Origin: Bacilli bacterium | Lineage (GTDB): Bacteria; Bacillota_I; Bacilli_A; RF39; UBA660 | Assembly: GCA_017404555.1 (NCBI GenBank) | Contig: JAFRCD010000010.1 | Span: 8,416 to 72,415, forward strand | DNA length: 64,000 nt | Reading direction: 5' to 3' | In this document: piece after piece, positions 16,494 through 26,848 of the stretch | How the letters are laid out: every line of letters begins with the position of its first letter | Position numbering within the stretch: position 1 is the first letter of the stretch | The notes under the pieces: model-generated | What the model was told of the DNA's origin: nothing | Database searches by the model: none | Seen by the model: only the letters and a program-made list of their open reading frames with translations | Program-made: the position numbers and the translations under genes

Positions 16494-17093
16494 ATGAGTA
16501 AAAAAGTAGAACTAGTAAATAAAAGTATTGGTGCAGCCTTTTTAATATCATTAGGTAATTATGCCTTATTAAAACTAGGTAATCCTATCGGACCAGTTAT
16601 CTTTGCCTTAGGTCTTTTAGGTGTTTGTTATCTAGGACAGAATTTATTTACTGGTAAATGTGGTTTCTTATTTGCGGATAAAATAAAAGTATTAGATCTA
16701 GTTATAATTCTATTAATAAACTTAGTAGCTGGTTATCTATTTGGACTTTTATACTCCATAACTGATCCGGAAGTTTATAAAGCAGCTATTGCTAAAGTAG
16801 CTAGTTGGGATTTTTCCTTAGCTTTCTTTATAAAAGCTTTTTTATGTGGAACTATCATGTATATAGCTGTAGCGATGTATCGCAAAGGAACACCTCTAGG
16901 AATAATATTTGGTATACCTCTATTCATTTTCTGTGGTTTCCAGCACTGTATTGCGAATATAATAACTTTAGGTGTTGCCAGAACCTTCGATTGGTCAATT
17001 GTTTTGGCTATAATTGGTAACTTTGTAGGATCATTATTTATGTGGTATATATCTAAAGATGTAGAAGAAAAGAAGAAAAAGAGAAAAAAGTGA
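16494..17093 (+). CDS. Formate/nitrite transporter (FNT) family-like membrane protein, short form
   Basis: 'NLFTGK' and 'GFQHCIANI' resemble the two FNT signature loops. At 199 aa it is shorter than classical FocA/NirC. Confidence 0.55.
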   Translation: MSKKVELVNKSIGAAFLISLGNYALLKLGNPIGPVIFALGLLGVCYLGQNLFTGKCGFLFADKIKVLDLVIILLINLVAGYLFGLLYSITDPEVYKAAIAKVASWDFSLAFFIKAFLCGTIMYIAVAMYRKGTPLGIIFGIPLFIFCGFQHCIANIITLGVARTFDWSIVLAIIGNFVGSLFMWYISKDVEEKKKKRKK

Positions 17094-17112
17094 TTATATA
17101 ATCATTTTTTTA
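17089..17112 (+). terminator. Rho-independent terminator
   Basis: Palindrome TGATTATATAATCA followed by T7. Confidence 0.6.
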
Positions 17113-17207
17113 TTACGCTAAATGTAGTAAAATAAAGATAAATATTTAGATTGTTAATTGTTAGTTAGATATTTTTTGTGTATAATAATATAGAAAGTAG
17201 GTGCTTT

Positions 17208-18297
17208 ATGGAGAAAAGTGAATTAAAAAAAGAATTAAATGAAGTACTTAAGAAAACTGAAGATTTATGGAGGTCACTTTGACATCGATAGTAAAAAAGA
17301 AAAAATAAGTAAGCTTGAAGAAGAAATGAATAGAACTGATTTCTGGAATGATAAAGAAAAAGCTGAAAAGACAATTGCTGAAATAAGTAGTTTAAAAAAG
17401 ATTACTGAAGATATAGACCATTTAAAAGAAAATGTTATTGATAGTACGGAGATGTTAGATTTAGATGATAATGAAATACTAGAAGAAATAGAAAGTCATT
17501 TAGAAGACTATCAGAAACTATATGATGAATTAGAAATGAATTTACTTTTAGATGGTGAATATGATCATGATAATTGCATTGTTGATATTCATCCAGGGGC
17601 AGGAGGAACAGAAAGCTGTGATTGGGCCTTAATGCTTTACCGGATGTATAGTAGATGGTGTGAAAAAAAAGGATATAAAGTAGAAGTATTAGATTATCAA
17701 GAAGGAGATACAGCAGGTATTAAAAACGTATCTTTCATCGTTAAAGGACAAAATGCTTATGGCTTATTAAAGAACGAAAAAGGAGTTCATAGATTAGTAC
17801 GTTTGTCACCATTTGATTCTAACAATAGAAGACATACATCTTTTGCTTCAGTAGATGTTACTCCTGATATTGATAAAGATTTAGATATTGTTATTGATGA
17901 TAAAGATTTAAAAATAGATGTCTATCGTTCAACTGGTGCTGGTGGTCAAGGAGTAAATACAACTGATTCGGCAGTTAGAATAACACATCTACCTACTAAA
18001 ATAGTAGTTACTTGTCAAAATGAACGTAGTCAACTACAAAATAAAGAACAAGCCTTAAAAGTATTAAAGAATAAGCTTATGCTTTTAGAAAAAGAAAAAC
18101 AAGAAAATGAAATGCACGATATTAAAGGAGAAGAACAGGATATTAACTTTGGTTCACAAATAAGGAGTTATGTTCTTCATCCCTATTCAATGATTAAAGA
18201 TCATCGAACTAATTTAGAGACAAGTAATGTTAATAAAGTGTTAGATGGAGAAATAGATGAATTTATCTTAAGTACCTTGAAGGGAGGGAAAAGATAA
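17208..18297 (+). CDS. prfB: Peptide chain release factor 2, expressed through a programmed +1 frameshift (17208..17279 joined to 17281..18297)
   Basis: Frame-0 ORF 'MEKSELKKELNEVLKKTEDLWRSL' ends at CTT TGA C (17277-17283), preceded by an internal GGAGG (17269-17273). The +1 frame continues as 'DIDSKKEKISKLEEEM...' and contains 'SPF' and 'GGQGVN' (GGQ). Confidence 0.92.
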
Positions 18298-19176
18298 ATG
18301 TTATTTGATAAAGAAAAATATGATCAATTATTAAAAAGTATCAATGCTAAATCCCGGATAAAGAGATTTATTGAACTTTGTATTGGTTGCTTTTTAATAG
18401 CGGTAGCCTTCAACTTGTTTTTATCACCCAATAATTTAGCACCTGGAGGAGTAGGTGGAATCGCTATTATTTTAAGACGAATTTTTGGTTGGGATAATTC
18501 AGTAACGATTTTACTTGTTAATATAATACTACTAGTAATTAGTTATTTTACTTTAGGATTTAGTAAAACTAAAAACTCTGTTTTAGGGTCTTTAATCTTG
18601 CCCCTTTTCATTAAATTAACTGCTAATATCTCTGTTTATATTAGTATTGATTTATCGCACTTAATATTACAGGCAATTTTTGGTGGAGTTATCTTTGGTG
18701 CTGGTGCTGGAATTATTTTCAAAGCTGGTTATACAACTGGGGGAACAGATATTATTAATCAAATGATGTATAAGTATTTGCATATGGGATTTGGGACTAG
18801 TACCCTTATAATTGATGGTTTAATTGCGCTTATGTCTGGATTCCTTTTTGGACCAACTATCATGATGTATGCCTTAGTAGCGCTATACATAATTAGCTAT
18901 ATGACAGACAGAGTCATTTTAGGAATATCTGATTCCAAAGCCTTCTATATTGTAACTACTAAAGATGAAGAAATGAAGGAATTTATCTTAAAGTATTTAA
19001 ATCATGGGGTAACGGTCTTTAATGCTAAAGGGGGATTTAAAGAAAGAAAACAAAAAGTATTACTTTGCGTATTACCAACTAAAGACTATTACAAATTAAA
19101 AGCTGGAATCAACGAAATCGATAAAGATGCCTTCTTTGTCGTAACTGACTCCTATGAAGTATTTGGAGGCGAATAG
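18298..19176 (+). CDS. YitT-family membrane protein (DUF2179 C-terminal domain)
   Basis: 'PNNLAPGGVGGIAIIL' and 'TTGGTDII', with a C-terminal 'AFFVVTDSYEVFGG'. Confidence 0.8.
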   Translation: MLFDKEKYDQLLKSINAKSRIKRFIELCIGCFLIAVAFNLFLSPNNLAPGGVGGIAIILRRIFGWDNSVTILLVNIILLVISYFTLGFSKTKNSVLGSLILPLFIKLTANISVYISIDLSHLILQAIFGGVIFGAGAGIIFKAGYTTGGTDIINQMMYKYLHMGFGTSTLIIDGLIALMSGFLFGPTIMMYALVALYIISYMTDRVILGISDSKAFYIVTTKDEEMKEFILKYLNHGVTVFNAKGGFKERKQKVLLCVLPTKDYYKLKAGINEIDKDAFFVVTDSYEVFGGE

Positions 19177-19177
19177 A

Positions 19178-20059
19178 ATGTTTAAATTCAAAAAAATAGA
19201 TACAGAAGAAATAGCAAAAAAGATAAATGAGCATAATAAATTAAAAAGATATGCGATGTTATTAACAGCACTTTTTGTATCAGCAGTAGTCTATAATTTA
19301 CTTATTATACCATCTAATTTAGTTATTGGTGGAGCTAATGGTGTCGCTGTTATAACTCGTTATATCTATCATTGGGATCCTGCTATAACAGTCTTCTTTA
19401 TTTGTGTCAGTATGATGATATTAAGCTTAATGTATTTAGGTAAAGAAGTAACAAAAGGAGTAGTGGTAGCTACTTTCGTATATCCGCTTTTTGTAGAACT
19501 TACCGCACCCTTATCTAAGTATATAACTATTACTTCAAACGATTTAATTGTTGTTGCTATCTTTGTTGGTGTATTAACCGGTATTTGTCATGGAGTAATG
19601 TATAAAAGCGGTTATTCTCAAGGAGGATTACCTATTCTTAGTCAAATATTCCATAAGTATTTTAAAGTATCAATTAGTACATCAAGTTTAATAATCAATT
19701 CAATTATTGTCTTTTTAGGAGGATTCTTCTTTGGCTGGACAATGATGATGTATTCACTAATAGTAATTTATATTAATAGCTTAATGGTTGATAAAGTTCT
19801 ATTAGGAATATCTGCTAATAAAGCTTTCTATATTATTACTAATAAAGAAAAAGAAGTAAAAGAATTCATTATGGAAGAATTGCACCATTCAGTTACAGTC
19901 TTTGATGTTAAAGGTGGCTTTAAGAATAGAAAAGGGGAAGTTTTATTAACTGTAATTCCTACTAGAGAATACTATGTAGTAACTGAAGGTATTAAAATGA
20001 TTGATAAGGATGCTTTCTTTTTAGCGAGTGATGCTTATCAAGTAGAAGGGGGTAAATAA
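19178..20059 (+). CDS. YitT-family membrane protein, tandem paralogue
   Basis: GGAGG RBS lies 8 nt before ATG 19178. Same architecture as the upstream gene ('PSNLVIGGANGVAVI', 'AFFLASDAYQVEGG'). Confidence 0.8.
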   Translation: MFKFKKIDTEEIAKKINEHNKLKRYAMLLTALFVSAVVYNLLIIPSNLVIGGANGVAVITRYIYHWDPAITVFFICVSMMILSLMYLGKEVTKGVVVATFVYPLFVELTAPLSKYITITSNDLIVVAIFVGVLTGICHGVMYKSGYSQGGLPILSQIFHKYFKVSISTSSLIINSIIVFLGGFFFGWTMMMYSLIVIYINSLMVDKVLLGISANKAFYIITNKEKEVKEFIMEELHHSVTVFDVKGGFKNRKGEVLLTVIPTREYYVVTEGIKMIDKDAFFLASDAYQVEGGK

Positions 20060-21237
20060 TGGAGTTCGTTGAATTAAATGAGAAAGATTTTAGAAAGTTT
20101 TTAGATAAAAGCCCACTAAAGAATTTTATGCAGTTACCAGAGTTTGCTCATATGAAAGAGATAAATAACTGGCAAAGTACTTATGTCGGAGTAAAAGAAA
20201 AAGATAGAATAGAGGCCGCTACTCTTCTATGCAGTAGAAAAAGAAGGTTTGGTTATGAGTTCTATGCTCCTAGAGGAATACTGGTTGATTATAAAAACAA
20301 GGAATTATTAACTTTCTTTGTTGAAAACTTAAAGAAGTATATAAGAAAAAGAAAAGGATATGTCTTAAGAATAGATCCTTACTATATTAGAGTAGAAAGA
20401 AATATTGATGGTAATGTTGTTGAAGGAGGAGTAAACAACGAAGAAGCAATAATTAATTTAAAGAAATTAGGCTTTAAGAAAAGTGCTCATCCAGAACAAA
20501 TTAGTTGGTCCTTTTCTTTAGATTTAGATAAGAATAAATCTGATGATGAGATTCTAAAAGAGATGAAAGGTAATACTAGAAGAGATATTACAAGAGCAAT
20601 TAAGAATGATTTAATCTTTAGGGAAATAGGTTATGATGAAATTAACTTGTTTAAAGAAGTCTTAGATTCAACAGGAGATAGAAAAGGTTTCTCTACCAGA
20701 AATTTAGACTATTTTAAGAAGCTATATAATGAACTAGTACCTAAGGATTTAGCTAAGTTTGTAGTGGTAGAACTAGATATCGATAAAACTTTAGGTACTA
20801 AAGAAAAAGAAAAGAAAGAACTATCAGAAAAGTTAAAGACTACTAAAAAGAATACAGCTACTTTAGAAGACCAAATAGGTAAAATTAATAAAGAAATAGA
20901 TGAATTAAAGGAATTGAAAAAGGAAAAAGGTAAAAAAATAGTTTTAGCGGCTGATATCTTTATAACCTATGGTGATGAAGTAGTATATTTATATGGTGGT
21001 AATGATGATAAATATATGAAATACTGTGGAGCTTATTTAACCCAATGGGAAATGATTAAATATGGAAGAGATAATGGTTTTAAGAAACATAACTTCTATG
21101 GTATAAGTGGAAATCTAACTGAAGATGATAAAGAGTATGGAGTATATAAGTTTAAAAAAGGTTTTGGAGGATATGTAGAAGAACTAATAGGAGAATATAT
21201 ACTACCTCTATCCCTAATATATTACTTACATAGATAG
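20059..21237 (+). CDS. FemAB-family peptidoglycan interpeptide-bridge aminoacyltransferase
   Basis: Two GNAT-like halves split by a coiled-coil insert ('KEKEKKELSEKLKTTKK...IDELKELKKEKG'), plus 'YLYGGNDDKY...AYLTQWEMIKYGRDNGFKKHNFYGISG'. Confidence 0.75.
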   Translation: MEFVELNEKDFRKFLDKSPLKNFMQLPEFAHMKEINNWQSTYVGVKEKDRIEAATLLCSRKRRFGYEFYAPRGILVDYKNKELLTFFVENLKKYIRKRKGYVLRIDPYYIRVERNIDGNVVEGGVNNEEAIINLKKLGFKKSAHPEQISWSFSLDLDKNKSDDEILKEMKGNTRRDITRAIKNDLIFREIGYDEINLFKEVLDSTGDRKGFSTRNLDYFKKLYNELVPKDLAKFVVVELDIDKTLGTKEKEKKELSEKLKTTKKNTATLEDQIGKINKEIDELKELKKEKGKKIVLAADIFITYGDEVVYLYGGNDDKYMKYCGAYLTQWEMIKYGRDNGFKKHNFYGISGNLTEDDKEYGVYKFKKGFGGYVEELIGEYILPLSLIYYLHR

Positions 21238-21246
21238 AAGAGAAAA

Positions 21247-21272
21247 ATACAAGTCAATAGACTTGTTTTTTA
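21247..21272 (+). terminator. Rho-independent terminator
   Basis: ACAAGTC/GACTTGT stem followed by a T-run. Confidence 0.7.
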
Positions 21273-21361
21273 TTAGACACAAATAGACAGTCAAATTGTG
21301 TAGGAACCTTTTTTTGTTCTCTAAACTATGTTATACTTAAATATGCTAAGGTGGTGATTTT

Positions 21362-22060
21362 GTGGACTTAATTAGACTAAAAAATGTCACTAAACAATAT
21401 AAGAATGGAGTAACAGCTATCTATGATCTTAATCTTTCAATTAAGAAGGGATCATTTGTTTTCATCATTGGTGGATCTGGATCGGGTAAATCTACCCTTA
21501 TTAAGATGCTATATCGAGAAGAAAAACCAACTAAAGGACAAATAGCTGTTGGTGGTTTAAATGTTGCTAAATTAAGAAATAGTAAAGTATATAAACTACG
21601 TCGTAAACTAGGAATAGTTTTCCAGGATTATCGTCTACTACCGAAGCTTACCATTTATGAAAATGTTGCTTTTGCAATGGATGTTATCGGAGCTAAGAAA
21701 AGTGAACGTCGGATAAAAGTTCTAAAAGCTCTAGAAGTAGTTGGATTAAAGGATAAAGTTCATAATTATCCTGATCAATTATCAGGAGGGGAACAACAAA
21801 GAGTAGCGATTGCTAGAGCTATTGTTAATGATCCTAAACTTCTTTTATGCGATGAGCCTACTGGTAACTTAGATCCTGAGAAAAGTATGGAAATTATGAA
21901 AGTATTAGATAATATCAACAAGACTAGAGGAACTACTATTTTAATGGTTACTCATGATAAAGATATTGTTAATAAAATGAAGAAACAGGTAATAGTACTA
22001 AAAGAAGGACGTATCGTTAAAAATAAAGAGAAAGGAATATATTACGATGAAGCTATTTAG
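21362..22060 (+). CDS. ftsE: Cell-division ABC ATPase FtsE
   Basis: GTG start after an AAGGTGGTGA RBS. Walker A 'GGSGSGKST', signature 'LSGGEQQRVAIARA' and Walker B 'LLLCDEPTGNLD'. Confidence 0.9.
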   Translation: MDLIRLKNVTKQYKNGVTAIYDLNLSIKKGSFVFIIGGSGSGKSTLIKMLYREEKPTKGQIAVGGLNVAKLRNSKVYKLRRKLGIVFQDYRLLPKLTIYENVAFAMDVIGAKKSERRIKVLKALEVVGLKDKVHNYPDQLSGGEQQRVAIARAIVNDPKLLLCDEPTGNLDPEKSMEIMKVLDNINKTRGTTILMVTHDKDIVNKMKKQVIVLKEGRIVKNKEKGIYYDEAI

Positions 22061-22946
22061 AGTGTTGATAAGAAGTATCCAAGATGCTTTTAAAAGTGTA
22101 TTTAGAAATTTTTCTCTTTCTTTAGCGTCTATCTCATGTATTACTATTACTTTAATCATTGTCGCTATTGCGATTGTTGCGTCCTTTAATGTAGAAAACT
22201 TTACTAAATTAATTGAAAAAGATATGACTATAGTAGCCTTTGTTAGTAAAGATGCTACTACTGAAGAAGTAGAAAAGTTGAAGAAAGATATTGATAGTAA
22301 CAAGAATGTTGCTAGTTATGTCTTTAAAGATAAAGCAGTAATTAAAGAAGACATGCAAAAAGAATCAGAAACTTTCAAGACAATTCTTTCCCAATGGAAA
22401 GATGAAGAAAGCCCTTTGAAGAGTGCTTTCCAAGTTAAAGTTAAAGATGTTAAAAAAATAGGAAAAACTGCTGAAACTATTGAAAATATGGATAAGATAG
22501 ATTTAGTTAGATATGGTGAAGGCATGGTTGAGAAAATGGTTAAGACCTTTGAGTCTGTCGAAAAGGTTGCCTATGGAGCAGTTATTGCTCTAGTATTAGT
22601 AACTATCTTCTTAATTGTTAATACTATTAAACTAACTATTTTCTCTCGTAAAAGAGAAATATCTATTATGCGTTTAGTAGGTGCCAGTAACTTTACGATT
22701 AAGACACCATTTATTATTGAAGGTATGGTTTTAGGACTTTTGGGTTCTATTATCCCAATACTATTCACAACCTTCGGCTATATCTCATTCTATGATCATT
22801 TTGATGGTCATCTATATTCAGAATTAATTAGATTAATCAAACCAGAACCATTTATATATACTTTTTCCTTAATAGTACTAGTAATTGGTATCATTGTTGG
22901 TATGATTGGTAGTGCTAGGGCAGTAAGAAAGTATTTGAAGGTGTAA
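22047..22946 (+). CDS. ftsX: Cell-division ABC permease-like protein FtsX
   Basis: Overlaps ftsE. One TM segment, an extracellular domain, then three TM segments; 'REISIMRLVGASNFTIKTPFIIEG'. Confidence 0.88.
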   Translation: MKLFRVLIRSIQDAFKSVFRNFSLSLASISCITITLIIVAIAIVASFNVENFTKLIEKDMTIVAFVSKDATTEEVEKLKKDIDSNKNVASYVFKDKAVIKEDMQKESETFKTILSQWKDEESPLKSAFQVKVKDVKKIGKTAETIENMDKIDLVRYGEGMVEKMVKTFESVEKVAYGAVIALVLVTIFLIVNTIKLTIFSRKREISIMRLVGASNFTIKTPFIIEGMVLGLLGSIIPILFTTFGYISFYDHFDGHLYSELIRLIKPEPFIYTFSLIVLVIGIIVGMIGSARAVRKYLKV

Positions 22947-22947
22947 T

Positions 22948-24129
22948 ATGAAAAAGTTTATAGGTGTAGTATTAACACTAGTATTAGTTGGTACAATCTT
23001 TATTAATCCTTTAAATGCTAGTGCTAAGACTTTAGCTGAATTTGAAAGCGAAGTCGCAGCTTATGCCAGTGTATTACAGTCTAAGAAGAATGCGATTGCT
23101 AAGAATGATGCTGAAGTAGCTGAAATAAAGAAGAAAATATCTTCTATTGAAGGTCAAATAGCTCAAGCAACTCAAGATATGAAGAAATTACAAGAAGAAA
23201 TTGATCAAAGTAATGAAGAAATAAAAAAGAAAAACGAAGAAAGTAAAAAGATCATGGAGTATTATCAAGTTTCAGGTGGTGAAAATGTCTATTTAGAGTA
23301 TGCCTTTGGAGCTAAAGATATAACTGATATGATCTATAGAATGTCTGTTGTTGAACAACTTACCGAGTACAATGATCAAATCATGAAAGAATTAAAAGAA
23401 TTGATCAAAGTAAATAAAGAAAAGAAAGTAGCCTTGGATGCTAAGAAAAAGGAATTAGCTAAATTACAAAAGGATTTAGAGACTCAAAAAGCTAGAATTA
23501 ATGCTGAAAGTGCTGCTATTAGAGAGACAATGCCTGGAGTTCAAGAACAAATTAAGGCTGCACAAGCCAATGTTAGATACTATAAATCACTAGGTTGTGG
23601 TCGTAATGAAGATATCAATGCTTGTCAATACCGAATTATTCAAAGGAATACCGGCGGTGGAGGCGGCGGAGGTGGTTCTGTACCATCTACTAATGGTTTC
23701 TATCGACCAATGGAATATGGGTATTTAACTCAAGGATATGGTGGAGCTCATATGGGAGTAGACTTATCTAGTTCTAATAAAACCATCCCTATTTATCCAA
23801 TTGCTAGTGGACAAGTATTTGCTAAATACTATGATGTTTATGGGGCCTTAGTTGTTAAAATAAGGCATAATGTTGGTGGTAGATTCATTTACTCAACTTA
23901 TGCTCACTTAAGTAGTTTTGCCTCTATCTCTGTTGGTCAAAACATATCTCATTTGACTATGATTGGTAATATGGGATCAACTGGTTATTCAACTGGACCA
24001 CACTTACACTTAGAATTAACTTCATGTGATTGGCATGCTGGAGGAGGATGTACTTGGGGACAATATGTTAATAGTACAATAGCGCCATCTTCATATGTAT
24101 CTATCCCTTCTAGCTGGAGTAACAGATAA
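22948..24129 (+). CDS. Secreted coiled-coil + M23 (LytM) peptidoglycan hydrolase, likely FtsEX partner
   Basis: Signal peptide, about 200 aa of coiled coil, a Gly8 linker, and an M23 domain with intact 'HMGVD' (HxxxD) and 'HLHLE' (HxH). Confidence 0.8.
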   Translation: MKKFIGVVLTLVLVGTIFINPLNASAKTLAEFESEVAAYASVLQSKKNAIAKNDAEVAEIKKKISSIEGQIAQATQDMKKLQEEIDQSNEEIKKKNEESKKIMEYYQVSGGENVYLEYAFGAKDITDMIYRMSVVEQLTEYNDQIMKELKELIKVNKEKKVALDAKKKELAKLQKDLETQKARINAESAAIRETMPGVQEQIKAAQANVRYYKSLGCGRNEDINACQYRIIQRNTGGGGGGGGSVPSTNGFYRPMEYGYLTQGYGGAHMGVDLSSSNKTIPIYPIASGQVFAKYYDVYGALVVKIRHNVGGRFIYSTYAHLSSFASISVGQNISHLTMIGNMGSTGYSTGPHLHLELTSCDWHAGGGCTWGQYVNSTIAPSSYVSIPSSWSNR

Positions 24130-24130
24130 A

Positions 24131-24156
24131 AAAAGCGAGCTTAGCTCGTTTTTTAT
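24131..24156 (+). terminator. Rho-independent terminator
   Basis: CGAGC/GCTCG core stem extended by A-T pairs, followed by a T-run. Confidence 0.6.
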
Positions 24157-24198
24157 TTGAAAAAATATGGTATAATTATTAATATAGGGAGTGATAGA

Positions 24199-24765
24199 GT
24201 GAAAAGTGTTTTAGAACGTATTAGAGGAGTTATGATTTATTTCATCTGTTTTGCCTTTATTGGCTGGATATATGAAGTAGTACTATTCCTATATGATGAC
24301 CACATTTTTGTAAATAGAGGGTTCTTATATGGACCATGGTTACCTGTTTATGGCTTTGGAGGAATGATTATTTACTGGTTGTTCTATCGCTTAAAAAAGA
24401 AACCAGTAAAAATAATGAAAATAAATATTCGACCTCTATTAATATTCATATATATTACGATAACTGCTGTCTTAGTAGAACTTACCACAACTTATATTTG
24501 TGATTTGTTCAAAACTGATTGGAAAAAATTATGGTTATATAGCGATGACTTTATGAATTTCCAAGGACGTATTGCCCTAGTTCCCGGTCTAAAATTTGGT
24601 TTAATTGGTTTATTAGGAGTCTATTTAATTATTCCTTTAATTGATAAACTTAAAGATTCAAAGAAAAAAGCAGTACAAAGTTTAACCTATATAATTATTT
24701 TGTTATTTATAATAGATGTTATTATTCATATGTTTACTGGTAGTACATATGCCGGACCAGTATAG
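24199..24765 (+). CDS. Membrane protein, putative ABC-transporter type IV (CmpB/DUF1113-like) family
   Basis: An extended -10 TGGTATAAT (24168-24176) lies inside the longer tracked ORF, so the GTG at 24199 after GGGAG is preferred. 'FIGWIYEVVLF...RGFLYGPWLPVYGFGG'. Confidence 0.55.
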   Translation: MKSVLERIRGVMIYFICFAFIGWIYEVVLFLYDDHIFVNRGFLYGPWLPVYGFGGMIIYWLFYRLKKKPVKIMKINIRPLLIFIYITITAVLVELTTTYICDLFKTDWKKLWLYSDDFMNFQGRIALVPGLKFGLIGLLGVYLIIPLIDKLKDSKKKAVQSLTYIIILLFIIDVIIHMFTGSTYAGPV

Positions 24766-24846
24766 TATAAGAGAAAGTGATTTCTCTTTTTTTGGCTTTT
24801 ATAAGGAAATATGGTAAAATCTAGATGAAAAAAACAGGTGATTAAT

Positions 24847-26793
24847 ATGGATAAATTTAAATTAGTATCAAAATTTAAACCAGCTGGTGATCAACCAGAA
24901 GCTATTGATAAACTAATAGAAGGAGTTAAAGCTGGTAAACATGAACAAGTTTTATTAGGAGCTACTGGTACTGGTAAGACTTTTACAATTGCTAATGTAA
25001 TTGAAAAAACAGGCAAAAAGACTTTAGTTCTTGCTCACAATAAGACTTTAGCCGGACAACTTTATTCCGAACTAAAAGAACTTTTCCCTAATAATCATGT
25101 CTGTTATTTTGTATCATACTATGACTATTATCAACCAGAGGCTTATGTTCCTTCAACTGATACCTATATTGAAAAAGACTCATCTATTAATGATGAAATA
25201 GATGAATTACGTCATGAAGCAACTAGTTCCCTTCTATCATATGATGACACTATAGTAGTATCCAGTGTATCTTGTATCTATGGTATTGGTGAAGTAGATG
25301 AATACAAGAATAAAATGATTACTTTAAGTGTTGGTGAAGAAATAGATCGTAATGATGTTATGAAAAGATTGGTAGATATGCTTTATGATCGCAATGACTT
25401 AGATTTTAAACGAGGTACTTTTAGAGTTAGAGGAGATATTCTAGAAGTGATTCCTCCATATCAAAACACTACTGGTTATCGCATTGATTTCTTTGGTGAT
25501 AGTATTGATCGTATCAGTGAAATAGATACTTTAACTGGTGCTGTTATAACAAATAAAAAGACCATTAGTTTGTTCCCAGCTAGTCACTTCGTTGTTAGTG
25601 ATGAAAAACTACAGGAAGCTATTGTTCGAATTAAAGATGAATTAAAAGATAGGTTAGCTGAGTTAAAAAAGGATAATAAATTATTAGCGGCTGAACGACT
25701 AGAACAACGTACTAACTATGATATGGAAATGTTAGAAGAAACTGGTTTCTGTAGTGGTATTGAAAACTATTCTGCCCCTTTAGCGGGTCGTAAAAAAGGA
25801 GAAACTCCAACTACTTTAATTGATTTCTTTGGTGATGATTTCTTGCTAGTAGTTGATGAATCACATGTAACACTACCACAGGTTAGGGGAATGTATAATG
25901 GGGATCGTTCTCGAAAAGAAAACTTAGTTGAGTATGGATTCCGTCTTCCTAGTGCTCTTGATAATAGACCTTTGAAATTTAATGAATTTGAGAAGAAGAT
26001 TGATCAAGCTATCTATGTATCGGCTACTCCAGGAGACTATGAAATAGAAAAAGTAGATAATGAAGTTGTTGAACAGATAATTAGACCTACTGGTCTTTTA
26101 GATCCAACTATTGAAGTTAAAAAGACTGAAGGTCAAATTGATAGTTTAATTGAAGAGATAAATAAACGAATTAAATTAAATGAAAGAGTTTTAGTAACGA
26201 CTCTTACTATTAGAATGGCTGAAGAATTAACTAATTATTTAAAGGAATTAGATATTAAAGTAGCTTATCTGCATACTGAAGTAAAAACTTTAGAAAGACT
26301 ACAAATAGTTCATGATTTAAGAACAGGTAAATATGATGTTGTGGTTGGTATAAACTTACTTCGTGAAGGAATTGATATTCCTGAAGTATCTTTAATTGCG
26401 ATTATGGATGCTGATAAAGAAGGATTCTTACGTAGTACTCGTAGTTTAATTCAAACTATTGGTAGATGTGCTCGTAATGAACATGGACATGTCATTATGT
26501 ATGCTGATAAGGTGACTGATTCCATGAGCGAAGCTATAGATGAAACAAAACGAAGAAGAACTATCCAAGAAGAATATAATAAAGAACATGGAATTGTTCC
26601 TAAAACTATTAAAAAAGACATTAGAGAAGTTATTAGGAATGTTGATGTAGAAGCTAAGGAAAAGAAAATGACTAAGAAAGAACTAAACTTAACTATTGAA
26701 AAACTAGAAGAAGAAATGAGAGAAGCAGCAAAAGCCTTAGACTTTGAAAGAGCTATGGAATTAAGAGATATTATCTTTGAGATGAAAGCTTAA
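24847..26793 (+). CDS. uvrB: Excinuclease ABC subunit B
   Basis: '[18 protein letters not shown]', 'GATGTGKT', 'DESHVT', and a C-terminal UVR motif '[12 protein letters not shown]'. Confidence 0.95.
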   Translation: MDKFKLVSKFKPAGDQPEAIDKLIEGVKAGKHEQVLLGATGTGKTFTIANVIEKTGKKTLVLAHNKTLAGQLYSELKELFPNNHVCYFVSYYDYYQPEAYVPSTDTYIEKDSSINDEIDELRHEATSSLLSYDDTIVVSSVSCIYGIGEVDEYKNKMITLSVGEEIDRNDVMKRLVDMLYDRNDLDFKRGTFRVRGDILEVIPPYQNTTGYRIDFFGDSIDRISEIDTLTGAVITNKKTISLFPASHFVVSDEKLQEAIVRIKDELKDRLAELKKDNKLLAAERLEQRTNYDMEMLEETGFCSGIENYSAPLAGRKKGETPTTLIDFFGDDFLLVVDESHVTLPQVRGMYNGDRSRKENLVEYGFRLPSALDNRPLKFNEFEKKIDQAIYVSATPGDYEIEKVDNEVVEQIIRPTGLLDPTIEVKKTEGQIDSLIEEINKRIKLNERVLVTTLTIRMAEELTNYLKELDIKVAYLHTEVKTLERLQIVHDLRTGKYDVVVGINLLREGIDIPEVSLIAIMDADKEGFLRSTRSLIQTIGRCARNEHGHVIMYADKVTDSMSEAIDETKRRRTIQEEYNKEHGIVPKTIKKDIREVIRNVDVEAKEKKMTKKELNLTIEKLEEEMREAAKALDFERAMELRDIIFEMKA

Positions 26794-26848
26794 AAACTAT
26801 CTTTAAAAAAGAAAGGGATTATGGTACAATATAATAAGGAGTGGTACT

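Noticed and set aside
17239-17280. ATG 17239 as the prfB start.
   Set aside because: The true N-terminus lies in frame 0 from 17208. The two frames are joined by the classical CTT TGA C +1 frameshift.
21304-21319. GAAC-N8-GTTC upstream of ftsE as a LexA site.
   Set aside because: The spacing is 8 nt rather than 4. It is more likely chance, or part of the ftsE promoter region.
24766-24846. LexA (GAAC-N4-GTTC) box upstream of uvrB, and similarly at 28493-28551 upstream of uvrA.
   Set aside because: No GAAC/GTTC half-site pair is present in either region.
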